Assembly: GCA_035450685.1 (NCBI GenBank)
Contig: DAOTNF010000004.1
Span: 42,612-106,611, forward strand
Direction: 5' to 3'
From: Candidatus Cloacimonadota bacterium
Lineage (GTDB): Bacteria; Cloacimonadota; Cloacimonadia; Cloacimonadales; Cloacimonadaceae
Length of the DNA stretch: 64,000 nt
Position 1 is the first letter of the stretch; each line of letters opens with the position of its first letter. The position numbers and the translations under genes are program-made. Positions 55,848 to 64,000 of this stretch are shown piece after piece. Below the pieces are notes generated by a model. It did not search any database. It was given only the letters and a program-made list of their open reading frames with translations, and was not told the origin of the DNA.

Positions 55848-55964
55848 CTGCCGAAGTCTGTTCGGCAGAGGCAACGGAGTTGCCTGTCTGGAAGAGACCT
55901 CCGGTCTCTGTGGCAAACGGACTTTGCCACCCCTGGGAACTGGATCCCGGGTCGCTGCCCGGGA
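55848..55964. other. run of five consecutive stem-loops (candidate structured RNA or protein-binding array)
   Basis: CTGCCGAA-GTCTG-TTCGGCAG 55848-55868. GGCAAC-GGA-GTTGCC 55870-55884. AGAGACC-TCC-GGTCTCT 55893-55909. GTGGCAAA-CGGAC-TTTGCCAC 55910-55930. ATCCCGGG-TCGCTG-CCCGGGAT 55943-55964; this last one is the hairpin of an inverted U unit. Confidence 0.45.
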
Positions 55965-56140
55965 TGACACAGTTTTGAGGTCCGGTGTGTTTTGTTTCGG
56001 GGGGAACCATTCCACCGTCAAATATCTGCGCTTTTATCTGCGCCAATCTGCGTGAACTACCTTTTCACCTTCAAATATCCTGCTGATCCTGTCGATCCCG
56101 TTATCCGCGTTCTATAATCCTTTCCACCATTTCACCAACT
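55939..56140 (-). repeat. modular repeat locus C: one inverted U unit plus ATCTGCGY, GATCCYGTY and GGTGGAAA-type mini-repeats
   Basis: The reverse complement of 55939-56004 reads CCCCGAAACAAAACACACCGGACCTCAAAACTGTGTCATCCCGGGCAGCGACCCGGGATCCAGTT. ATCTGCGC x3 at 56024-56052. CCTTTCCACCATTTCACC at 56119-56136. Collinear with locus A 14883-15090. Confidence 0.6.
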
Positions 56141-56214
56141 CATAAACAGAACGCAAACAATATAGTATTACATTCACCAAATACAATGTCAATAATCTGC
56201 ATATTCCTTCATAG

Positions 56215-56328
56215 CGCCCTCCCTTGCTGCTCCTGCATTTGGTGCCATCATCCTTAGGTCATCCCTCACCAAGTTAAGGATGACCTACGGAAAATATAGA
56301 CTTAGCCCACCCCGTCAAATGAGGGCGG
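56215..56328. repeat. palindromic iteron element, copy 4
   Basis: CATCATCCTTAGGTCATCC (56246-56264) / GGATGACCTAC (56278-56288). Outer GCCCTC (56216) / GAGGGC (56321). Confidence 0.6.
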
Positions 56329-56377
56329 CATTTATTTCAGGCATGCGCATTAATTGGCAAGTTCCGCGCGAAAGGGG

Positions 56378-56407
56378 CAAAGAAAAGCCCCCAAGTGGCT
56401 GGGGGCT
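56378..56407 (-). terminator. rho-independent terminator of the ompA-like gene
   Basis: AGCCCCCA-AGTGGC-TGGGGGCT (56386-56407), followed on the minus strand by TTTCTTTG. Confidence 0.7.
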
Positions 56408-56448
56408 GAAGGATTATGCAGCGCGTTGCGGCTGCCTAACGTAATATC

Positions 56449-57498
56449 TTACTTAACGATAACGAATTCGATGCGGCGGTTTTCGGCGCGGCCTTCTTCA
56501 GTATCGTTGGTGGCGATGGGTTGGGAGGAGCCAAAGCCCTGGGTGGTGAGGCGGGCTTCATCGATGCCGTTGCTGGCCAGGAATTTCTTCACAGACTCGG
56601 CGCGACGCAGGGAGAGGTCATCGTTGTATTTATCGGTGCCGACGTTGTCGGTGTGGCCCTGGATGTCGAGTTTGACCTTGGGGCTTTTCTGCATGGCTTC
56701 CACCACTTCTTTGAGGATGTCCTGGGCTTCATCGGTCAGCTTGTCGCTGTCAAATTCAAACTGGACTCCCTTGAGGGAGAAGTCTTCTTCCATGGTCACA
56801 TAGTTGCGCAAGATGCGGGTGGGTTTTCTGCGGGCGGAGCTGTCGTCCTTTTTGCCGCCGAAGGTGTAGCCAACGCTCAGGTATGGATTGAGGAAGCCGT
56901 CGTTCATGTCGTCTTCTTCGAGGTTGTCGATCTTGTCGTTGAGTGAGTGCACAAGCTGCAGGCCAAGGTCCATATTCAGGTTCCATTTGGTCATGAAAGA
57001 CACGCCCACGCCAAAGGTGGGAAGCATAAATGCCAGGCCGCTTTCGTCAAATTCTGTCTTTTTGCCACCCGCCACCGGCTGGAGGTAACCCTCGGAGCTG
57101 AAGCTGGCAAGGCCCAGGCCCAGATTGGCGTAGGGGGCGATGCGGGTCAGGGCGCAGTCTTCAAAATTGATGACCGCTTTCTTGGTGGGACGGTATTTTA
57201 CCAGCAGGTCGGCGCCGAACAGGCTGGCTTCGTAGTTGCCGGTTTGATTTTGTTTTTCCACATCGCGCTCGCCGCCCATGCGGGTCATATAGGGAGCGAT
57301 GCCGACGCTCAGATAGTCCTTGAGCCATGCTTCATAGGAAAGGCCGAAATTGCCGTGGGTGTCGTCAGTTCCGTCAAAATCGCTTTTGGACATGGTGAGT
57401 CCGCCGCGCAGGCTAACGGTGCTTTCAAAGGCGAAAGCAAGCTGTGAGACAGCCATTATAACCAATGCTATCAGAATGATGCGTGTAATCTTTGTCAT
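56449..57498 (-). CDS. OmpA-family outer membrane protein (beta-barrel plus peptidoglycan-binding OmpA_C domain)
   Basis: 349 aa. Signal peptide 'IILIALVIMAVSQLAFA'. 'FEFDSDKL...GHTDNVGTDKYNDDLSLRRAESV...NRRIEFVIV'. Confidence 0.9.
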   Translation of the reverse strand: MTKITRIILIALVIMAVSQLAFAFESTVSLRGGLTMSKSDFDGTDDTHGNFGLSYEAWLKDYLSVGIAPYMTRMGGERDVEKQNQTGNYEASLFGADLLVKYRPTKKAVINFEDCALTRIAPYANLGLGLASFSSEGYLQPVAGGKKTEFDESGLAFMLPTFGVGVSFMTKWNLNMDLGLQLVHSLNDKIDNLEEDDMNDGFLNPYLSVGYTFGGKKDDSSARRKPTRILRNYVTMEEDFSLKGVQFEFDSDKLTDEAQDILKEVVEAMQKSPKVKLDIQGHTDNVGTDKYNDDLSLRRAESVKKFLASNGIDEARLTTQGFGSSQPIATNDTEEGRAENRRIEFVIVK

Positions 57499-57795
57499 TA
57501 AATTTACCTCATATTTTTTGTGGTTCGAGTCATAATATTCCGATGCCAGTTTAAGTCAAGGAAATAATTCATCCCTATCAACTAACTGTGGTGCAAAGGG
57601 CAAAGACGCGGGAAAGCCGCATCTGAAGGGATCCTCGCACAGAAATGATACCGTGGACAATCCATAGGGAACAATTCGGTTGGAAAAAACTGCGGAGAGC
57701 TTCCTCCGCGAGGTCGGATTGTTCTTTTCAATTGACAAGAAATCAGCCGTGTATTTTTCTTGTTTGAAATATATCTTAGGGATAAAGCACTATAC

Positions 57796-58620
57796 ATGAG
57801 ACTGTTTGAAACACATGCCCACCTCGACCTGCCGGATTTTGAACCAGACCGGGAAGCGCTGATCCAGAAATGCTTCGACAGCGGAATCGAGTATATCATC
57901 AACATCGGTTTTAACCGCGAAACCTCGCTTAATTCGCTGGAACTGGCGAAGAAGCATCCCCATATCTTTGCCACGGTGGGATACCATCCCCACGATGCCA
58001 CCGATTTCGATGCCGAGTTTGTGAAGCGTCTGGCCAGAGAAAAAAAGGTGCTGGCGATCGGAGAGATCGGTCTGGACTTTTTCCGCAACCTGTCGCCTTT
58101 TACGGTGCAGCGGGATGTTTTTTACAACCAGGCGATGCTGGCCGTGGATTATGACCTGCCGATTGTGGTGCACAACCGGGACGCTCACCAGGAGTGCTTC
58201 AAGATACTGAAAAGCGTAAACGCCAAAGACGTTGTATTCCACTGCTTTTCCGGCGATATCATCTTTGCCCAGCAGGTGCTGGACGAGGGCTGGCTGATCT
58301 CCTTCACCGCCACGGTCACCTATGCCAACTCCAATCTGAACGACGTGATCCGCATGGTGCCGGCAGACCAGTTCATGCTGGAAACCGACTGCCCCTACCT
58401 GCCTCCCCAGCATCACCGGGGAGAGCGCAACAGCCCGCTGCATCTGCACAAAGTGGCAGAAAAGCTGGCTGAGGTGCGGGAAACCACGCCCAACGAGATT
58501 GCCGAACAAGCTTTTATCAACGCGCACCGGTTTTTCCGAGTGCCGCCTGATCCGGTGAAACCGCAACATCACAAAGCCGGACACAAAGGCAAAAGCAAAA
58601 AAAGCAAGAAAACTAAATAA
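57796..58620 (+). CDS. TatD-family metal-dependent hydrolase with Lys-rich C-terminal tail
   Basis: Start at MRLFETHAHLD. 'AIGEIGLDF', 'PIVVHNRDA', 'FHCFSGD', 'LETDCPYL'. Tail 'HHKAGHKGKSKKSKKTK'. Confidence 0.9.
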   Translation: MRLFETHAHLDLPDFEPDREALIQKCFDSGIEYIINIGFNRETSLNSLELAKKHPHIFATVGYHPHDATDFDAEFVKRLAREKKVLAIGEIGLDFFRNLSPFTVQRDVFYNQAMLAVDYDLPIVVHNRDAHQECFKILKSVNAKDVVFHCFSGDIIFAQQVLDEGWLISFTATVTYANSNLNDVIRMVPADQFMLETDCPYLPPQHHRGERNSPLHLHKVAEKLAEVRETTPNEIAEQAFINAHRFFRVPPDPVKPQHHKAGHKGKSKKSKKTK

Positions 58621-58637
58621 ATCCAAAGAGATAGATA

Positions 58638-59840
58638 ATGAATAAACTACTGATCCTGAGCTTTGCGCTCTGTCTGGCCGCGGGCTGGTTGTGGGCGGGC
58701 AACTCCATCTTTTCCTATGATGGCTTTCCAGTGCAGTATTACGGCACGGATATCTACAGCCTGGGCATGGGGGACACCGGCGCCAGCGACATCTTCCGCA
58801 TCAACGCGGGTTACGGCAACCCCGCCATGAGCAGCCTTGGCAACCGGACTCTGTTTTCCACCGGCATCCTGGCCGGCTATAACCGGTACCGTTCCAGGGA
58901 CGGGGGAGGCGATTACAGCTATCTGGACAACTCGCTGGACTTCCCCTATTTCAGCCTGAGCGTTCCCGTCAAAAGCCACCGCGTGGGCTTCCAGTTCCAT
59001 TCCCAAGCCTCCGGGGTGGTGGAAAACCAGCGAGAGTTCAACGGCTCGCTGGAAAAGCAAAGCATGGACAGATACCTGTTCCGGGGCGATCTGATCTACA
59101 GTTACGCCTGGCCGGGATTTCAGGCGGGAGTGAGCGGCAACTACTATTTCGGGCACGAGACGCGCACTTTGTCACGCACGGACGCGGACGTGTATTTTAA
59201 CACCAGGGAAGAGCTTTCCAGGGGATACAGCAATCCCAGCCTGACCGCCGGCGTGCTCAAGTATTTTGACAACTACTCCTTTGGCGCGTACTATGGCTTG
59301 CGCGCCACCCTCAAAGGCGATGAGACCCGCACCTCCATCCACGAGGAGGAGCAAAGCGACTGCGAATACAAGCTTCCCGACAGGCTCGGCTTGAGCGGAA
59401 CCGCGCGTTTGAGCAAGGAGATCAAGGTAGCCAGCGACCTTAACTATGAGCTGTGGAGCCAGATCAATGAGGAGGATTACCGGGACGGCTGGAAACTGGG
59501 GCTGGGCCTGGCTTACGAACCGCGTCCCGACAAGGATAAAAAGGTGTTTTTGAGGCTGCCCCTGCGGGCTGGGGTTGCCTACCGCCAGTTGCCTTTCCGC
59601 TCCGGCGGAGAGTATCTGGACGAGCTGACGTTGAGCGGAGGCATGTCCGTGAAATTCAAGGACGGGCAAAACAGGATCGACATCGGTTTTCAGTATCTGC
59701 AAAGAGGATCGCTGGATCAGAACGGGCTTTCCGACAATAGCTTCATGCTGATGTTTGGCTTTACCGGATCCGACCTTCTGAACAAAGCTGCCAACCGCAG
59801 CGCCCCCAGAGAGATACCTGTGAAGGAGGACGCTGAATAG
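58638..59840 (+). CDS. hypothetical outer-membrane beta-barrel protein (FadL/PorV-like N-terminal motif)
   Basis: 400 aa. Signal peptide 'LLILSFALCLAAGWLWA'. 'IYSLGMGDTGASD' resembles the 'GA.A.GMGGA..A..D' motif of FadL/PorV-type barrels. Alternating beta-strand pattern. Weak call. Confidence 0.5.
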   Translation: MNKLLILSFALCLAAGWLWAGNSIFSYDGFPVQYYGTDIYSLGMGDTGASDIFRINAGYGNPAMSSLGNRTLFSTGILAGYNRYRSRDGGGDYSYLDNSLDFPYFSLSVPVKSHRVGFQFHSQASGVVENQREFNGSLEKQSMDRYLFRGDLIYSYAWPGFQAGVSGNYYFGHETRTLSRTDADVYFNTREELSRGYSNPSLTAGVLKYFDNYSFGAYYGLRATLKGDETRTSIHEEEQSDCEYKLPDRLGLSGTARLSKEIKVASDLNYELWSQINEEDYRDGWKLGLGLAYEPRPDKDKKVFLRLPLRAGVAYRQLPFRSGGEYLDELTLSGGMSVKFKDGQNRIDIGFQYLQRGSLDQNGLSDNSFMLMFGFTGSDLLNKAANRSAPREIPVKEDAE

Positions 59841-61405
59841 TGATGGGATCACAAGCAAACCCGGAAGGTAAACGAATTCTGCGCGCGGTGGCTGCCAGAA
59901 GAGGACTTCTGGAAGCAGACCTGCGCGCTACAGTGGAAGACCTGCCCGATGAAGCGCTGCTTGCCAATATCGACCTGGTTTCCGACCGCATCCGTAAAGC
60001 GCTCTATTCCAATGAACCGCTGGTGATCTTCGGGCATGACGATCCGGATGGCATCACCAGCACCTACATCCTCTACCAGTTTTTAAACTCCTGCGGCTAT
60101 CAGAGGCACAACTACTTTATCCCCAACCGCAACCTGGAACCGCACGGCATTCAGCAGGGCTTCATCGACTATGTGCGTGATGGGGGCTACACGCTGGCGA
60201 TCGCCGTTGACAACGGCATTTCCAGCTATCAGGGGGTGGAAGCCCTCAGCAGGCTTGGCTGTGACACGATCATCGTGGATCACCACCTGATCCAGCCGGA
60301 ACAGCTTCCCAAGGCCTATGGCATCGTCAATCCCCAACTGCCTGACTGCCAGTATCCCTTCAAAGCTTTGGCGGGAGTGGGGGTTGTGCTGATGCTTACC
60401 CGCTATCTGGGCAGGCTGCTCGAACATCCCGTGCCGGAATCCGCTTTCTTCTGGACGGCGGTTGGCTCCATCGCGGACAAGGTGCCTATGATTGGACTGA
60501 ACAGGGTAATCGTGCGCCATGTGTTTGAAAGATGGAACGATATACATGACCAAAGCGTGGATTTTTTGCTGCGCAACTTCAACCGCATCGACAGCTATAC
60601 GGACATCTTCAACTTTATGCAGTCGGCATCCAGGCTGATCGCCAATGGCAGGGAAGAACGGGGACAACACACCGCGATGCGCTTTTTGTTGCAGATGGGC
60701 GATGCCAAAGCCGAGCTGTTTGAAGATATGGAAGCCCAGAAAAAACAATGGGAAAGCGAACTGAACAAGGTCTTCAGGTTTTTGGATACCATCACCGTGG
60801 ATTATGAGGGCAACGGATTCATCTATTTTGATGACGAGGGAGTGATCCCCTACAGCCTGCTCGGCACGGCGGCAACCTATATTCAGAACAAACTGGGAAC
60901 ACCCACCATTATCCTGGCGCCCCACAACGGACATATCGTCTGTGAAGGGCGCTGCTCCGATGGTTTCAACATGGTGGAGGCCTTCCGCCATTGCCGGGAT
61001 TTGCTGATCCAGTATGGCGGGCACGTCAAGGCGGCAGGTTTCTCGCTGGATAAGGAGAATTACGATGCCTTCCTGGAGTGCTACAACGAATACCTCAAGT
61101 CCGAACTGGATCAAGATCATGCCAAGCGGGAAATTGAAGTGGACGCCAAAGCGGATTTGGCAGACCTCAGCGTGGAAGCCTGGCGGGAGCTTGAACTGTT
61201 GCTCCCCTTCGGCCAGCAGAATCCCGAGCCTGTCATCCTGATCCGCAACGTTAGTGTCGATGATCTGCAAAAGCGCTTCAATATCGAAAACTGCGGAAGC
61301 AATCTGCGCAGCGGGGAGCAAGGCGAGGCGATCGTTTCCTGGAAAGGGCCCCAGACAGTGCGCTTGCTGGAGTTTCGCAAAAGGAAAGAGCATAAATCAA
61401 GGTAG
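59840..61405 (+). CDS. recJ: single-stranded-DNA-specific exonuclease RecJ (DHH/DHHA1)
   Basis: 521 aa. 'VIFGHDDPDGITS', 'AIAVDNG', 'TIIVDHH', 'GGHVKAAGFSL'. Confidence 0.88.
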   Translation: MMGSQANPEGKRILRAVAARRGLLEADLRATVEDLPDEALLANIDLVSDRIRKALYSNEPLVIFGHDDPDGITSTYILYQFLNSCGYQRHNYFIPNRNLEPHGIQQGFIDYVRDGGYTLAIAVDNGISSYQGVEALSRLGCDTIIVDHHLIQPEQLPKAYGIVNPQLPDCQYPFKALAGVGVVLMLTRYLGRLLEHPVPESAFFWTAVGSIADKVPMIGLNRVIVRHVFERWNDIHDQSVDFLLRNFNRIDSYTDIFNFMQSASRLIANGREERGQHTAMRFLLQMGDAKAELFEDMEAQKKQWESELNKVFRFLDTITVDYEGNGFIYFDDEGVIPYSLLGTAATYIQNKLGTPTIILAPHNGHIVCEGRCSDGFNMVEAFRHCRDLLIQYGGHVKAAGFSLDKENYDAFLECYNEYLKSELDQDHAKREIEVDAKADLADLSVEAWRELELLLPFGQQNPEPVILIRNVSVDDLQKRFNIENCGSNLRSGEQGEAIVSWKGPQTVRLLEFRKRKEHKSR

Positions 61406-61413
61406 CCAGGCCC

Positions 61414-62004
61414 ATGATCCACGTGAAAGAAACCCTGCGTAAAAGCATCCACATCGGATCGTTGTCGATCCCGCTTTTCTATCGGTATGTGCTGGGTTTC
61501 GAGCAGCGCGACTGGATGTCCTATCTGTTGCTGGCGGCGTTCATGGTTAGCATGGTCATAGAGTTCCAGCGCTTCTGGCAGAAAAGCTTCCGCAAGACTT
61601 TCTGGAAGATATTCGGCATCGTGCTGCGCAAGCATGAGGTGCGCGATTTCACCGGAGCCACTTATCTGCTTTTTTCGGCAATGATCTGCGTTACGTTCTT
61701 CGAGCCGGAAGTGGCTTTCTTTGCCATGTCTTTCCTTTCGATCGGTGATACCTTTGCCGCTTTGGTGGGAATAAACCTGGGCAAGCGCAAGTTTCGCGGC
61801 GGCAATAAGTCACTGGAAGGCAGCCTGGCCTGTTTCCTGAGCTGCTTCATCTATGCCCTTGCCTTCAAGCTCAATCCCATAACGGCTTTCACCGGCGCTC
61901 TGGCTGCTACGGCGTCCGAGGTGGCCAACCTGCCCATAGACGACAATCTGGAAATGCCGCTGGCGTCTGCCCTGGTCATGTCAATCACCAGGATATTTGT
62001 TTGA
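61414..62004 (+). CDS. CTP-dependent polyprenol/diacylglycerol kinase or CdsA-like cytidylyltransferase family membrane protein
   Basis: 196 aa, multi-TM. 'GDTFAALVGINLGKRKFRGGNKSLEGSLACF' matches the CTP_transf_1/dolichol-kinase signature. Confidence 0.55.
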   Translation: MIHVKETLRKSIHIGSLSIPLFYRYVLGFEQRDWMSYLLLAAFMVSMVIEFQRFWQKSFRKTFWKIFGIVLRKHEVRDFTGATYLLFSAMICVTFFEPEVAFFAMSFLSIGDTFAALVGINLGKRKFRGGNKSLEGSLACFLSCFIYALAFKLNPITAFTGALAATASEVANLPIDDNLEMPLASALVMSITRIFV

Positions 62005-62017
62005 GTAAGGTAGTTTT

Positions 62018-62965
62018 ATGTTGCTTTCCTATGTGATCCCCACCCTCAACGAACAGGATTCTCTGCGGCAACTGGTGGCGGAAATAGTTGCCAACAGCCA
62101 TCCCCACGCATATGAGATCATCTTCATCGATGACGGCAGCAAGGATGCGAGCTTTGACGTGATGTCCGAACTGGCAGAGGCTGATGCCAATATCCGGGTG
62201 GTCAAGTTTCGCCGCAACTTTGGCAAGGCGGCGGCTCTGCAGTGCGGGTTCCAGCTTGCCCAGGGAGATGTGGTCTTTACCCTGGATGCCGATCTGCAGG
62301 ACAATCCCCAAGAGATTCCCCATTTTCTGGCTAAGCTCGATGAAGGCTGGGATCTGGTGACCGGATGGAAGCGCAAGCGCCTGGATCCCCTGCACAAGGT
62401 GATACCTTCAAAGCTGTTCAACTTTGTCACCGCCCGCGCTTTCGGCCTCAAACTGCGTGATTACAACTGCGGGTTCAAAGCGTACCGCCGTGAGGTGGTC
62501 AAGGAATTGAGGATGTATGGCGAAATGCACCGCTACATCCCCGCGCTGGCACATTCTCTGGGTTACCGGATCACCGAGATTCCGGTGGAACACAGGCGGC
62601 GCGAATTTGGCAAGTCCAAGTATGGGTTCGAGAGATATCTGCGTGGGTTCTTCGACCTGCTCACGGTGAAGATGGTGACCCAATATGTCAAAAGCCCGCT
62701 TTATCTCTTTGGCCGCATTGGCTTGATCTCCACGCTGTTGGGAACCGCCATCACGATCTATCTCACTGTCCTCAAACTCTTTTTTGGACAGCCGCTTTAC
62801 AACCGGCCCCTGCTCTTTCTGGGCATTATGCTCATCCTGGGCGGATTGCAGTTCATCTCTCTGGGGCTGATTTCGGAGCTGATCATCAACCGGGTGGTTC
62901 CTGAACAGGGTCTGCCTGTTTCGATAGAGAAGACGATCAATCTCCCCGCACCGGAGGCCAAATAG
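62018..62965 (+). CDS. family-2 glycosyltransferase, polyprenyl-phosphate sugar synthase (DPM1/ArnC-like)
   Basis: 315 aa. 'SYVIPTLNE', 'FIDDGSKD', 'LDADLQDNP', two C-terminal TM helices. Confidence 0.88.
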   Translation: MLLSYVIPTLNEQDSLRQLVAEIVANSHPHAYEIIFIDDGSKDASFDVMSELAEADANIRVVKFRRNFGKAAALQCGFQLAQGDVVFTLDADLQDNPQEIPHFLAKLDEGWDLVTGWKRKRLDPLHKVIPSKLFNFVTARAFGLKLRDYNCGFKAYRREVVKELRMYGEMHRYIPALAHSLGYRITEIPVEHRRREFGKSKYGFERYLRGFFDLLTVKMVTQYVKSPLYLFGRIGLISTLLGTAITIYLTVLKLFFGQPLYNRPLLFLGIMLILGGLQFISLGLISELIINRVVPEQGLPVSIEKTINLPAPEAK

Positions 62966-62966
62966 A

Positions 62967-64000
62967 GTGAATCAGGTGGAGCGCTTTTTCCTGCAACGCT
63001 ATGTGCAAGAACCCAAGCGCAATCTCCTGCGCTTCAGCTTTGTGTTCATGGTCTTGGGGATTGTGCTTTCCGTGGGCATCCTCACAGCCGCCCTCAACCT
63101 CTTTGAAGGCTATGAGCGAGCCCTGAAATCCGCTTTGCTGGATTCATTTCCCCATATCAGCATACAGGCGGTGTACTCTCAGCACCTGGATCCCCAAAGC
63201 TGCGAAACAGCCAGGCAGGCTCTCGCGGAACGGGCGGAGATATCATTGCTCACACCCAAACTCACTTTCAACCTGATGGCCTATAGCGGAAACAAGGTCA
63301 GGGGCGGGCTGGTGAATGCCTATGCCTGGAAACGGGGGGGACGCGTCAACTATGCCAAATATGTTAAAAAAGGCAAGGCCCTCGCAGGTCAGGGAGAAGT
63401 GGTCGTGGGCAGCTATCTGGCCAGGGAACTGGGACTGGCTCTGGGCGACACCCTGCATCTGGTCTATCCCAGGATGGATCAGATCAGCCCCCTGGGACTG
63501 TATCCCAACGATCATCCCATGAAAATTACAGGCATCTATGACTCTGGCTTTTACGAATACGACCGCTCCCTGATCATCTGCAATCTGAACGATGCGCGAG
63601 AGATCATCAGCCTGCCCGAGGGTTTCAGCAGCCTGGAGATCAAGCTCAAACCTGAATACCTCGATGGGGTGGAAGACTTGGCTTATGACTTTGGCAAGTT
63701 GTTGGGACGGGATATGAGCGCCACAGGAGTGGCCAACACCCAGTTGCTGCGCATAGTAAAAATGCAGAAGTGGCTTATCTTTATCATCTTCAGCTTTCTG
63801 CTGCTGATCGCAGGAATCAATGTAATCAGCGCGGTAAGCACACTGATCTATGACAAAAAGAACGAGATCGCTGTGCTCAAGACCCTGGGCGCCGGCTCAG
63901 GCACCATCAAGCGGCTGCTCTATTACCAGGTGGCCTTTGTCTGCCTGGCATCCATCCTTGCCGGGCAACTCTTTGGCTACATCCTTTCCTGGCTGGTGGT
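62967..64000 (+). CDS. LolC/LolE-type (FtsX family) ABC transporter permease, 3' end outside window
   Basis: Not in the ORF track because there is no stop in the window. GTG 62967 opens a frame translating 'VNQVERFFLQRYVQEPKRNLLRFSFVFMVLGIVLSVGIL...'. Near the end it reads 'FIIFSFLLLIAGINVISAVSTLIYDKKNEIAVLKTLGAGSGTIKRLL', the FtsX signature. Confidence 0.8.
   Translation, partial: MNQVERFFLQRYVQEPKRNLLRFSFVFMVLGIVLSVGILTAALNLFEGYERALKSALLDSFPHISIQAVYSQHLDPQSCETARQALAERAEISLLTPKLTFNLMAYSGNKVRGGLVNAYAWKRGGRVNYAKYVKKGKALAGQGEVVVGSYLARELGLALGDTLHLVYPRMDQISPLGLYPNDHPMKITGIYDSGFYEYDRSLIICNLNDAREIISLPEGFSSLEIKLKPEYLDGVEDLAYDFGKLLGRDMSATGVANTQLLRIVKMQKWLIFIIFSFLLLIAGINVISAVSTLIYDKKNEIAVLKTLGAGSGTIKRLLYYQVAFVCLASILAGQLFGYILSWLV

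Noticed and set aside
1-64000. Prophage or integrative element.
   Set aside because: No integrase, transposase, phage structural, tRNA or att-like features appear anywhere in the window.

Overview
64-kb chromosomal window from a diderm bacterium. GC looks like 50-55% by eye. I infer an FCB-superphylum or Cloacimonadota-like origin from three things: FlgD-Ig/T9SS-type C-terminal sorting domains, SBBP beta-propeller surface proteins, and a CarboxypepD_reg-TonB receptor paired with a DUF4249-like lipoprotein. This cannot be verified without a database search. I support about 55 protein genes. I found no rRNA, tRNA, CRISPR, integrase or transposase. Housekeeping content: uvrD-like 3' end, mfd, a MacAB-TolC-like efflux operon (4.2-8.8 kb), argF, greA, an M18 aminopeptidase, bamD-nadD-hlyIII, and a long tightly packed minus-strand block (36.7-51.1 kb: ctp, tmk, nadB, rimI, argS, rsfS, HIT, glmU-like, folK, folB, rseC-like, split rfaE, purF, plsY, der). 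It continues with ompA-like, tatD, recJ, a GT2 and a lolE-like permease. Accessory or unusual content: (1) A modular intergenic repeat family sits at three loci (14.5-15.2, 52.4-52.9, 55.9-56.3 kb). It is built from tandem hairpin units with conserved flanks and A/C-only linkers, CACGAATTA and GGTGGAAA mini-repeats, and a ~105-bp palindrome made of phased 11-bp TAAGGATGACC iterons; the palindrome also occurs alone at 4.0 and 33.0 kb. (2) An AT-rich ~1.8-kb type II R-M island (beta-class MTase plus BglII/BstYI-like endonuclease) is bracketed by these repeats. (3) An SNF2-SWIM helicase, an AlkD-like protein and greA form a co-directional cluster. (4) Two tandem SBBP surface-protein paralogs share an apparently identical ~980-bp block. 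(5) A ~1-kb gene-free gap contains a run of five stem-loops. None of these matches a named system I can recognise. The repeat family and its association with the R-M island and surface-protein genes is the best candidate for something undescribed. Non-coding coordinates are hand-counted and good to about +/-2 nt.
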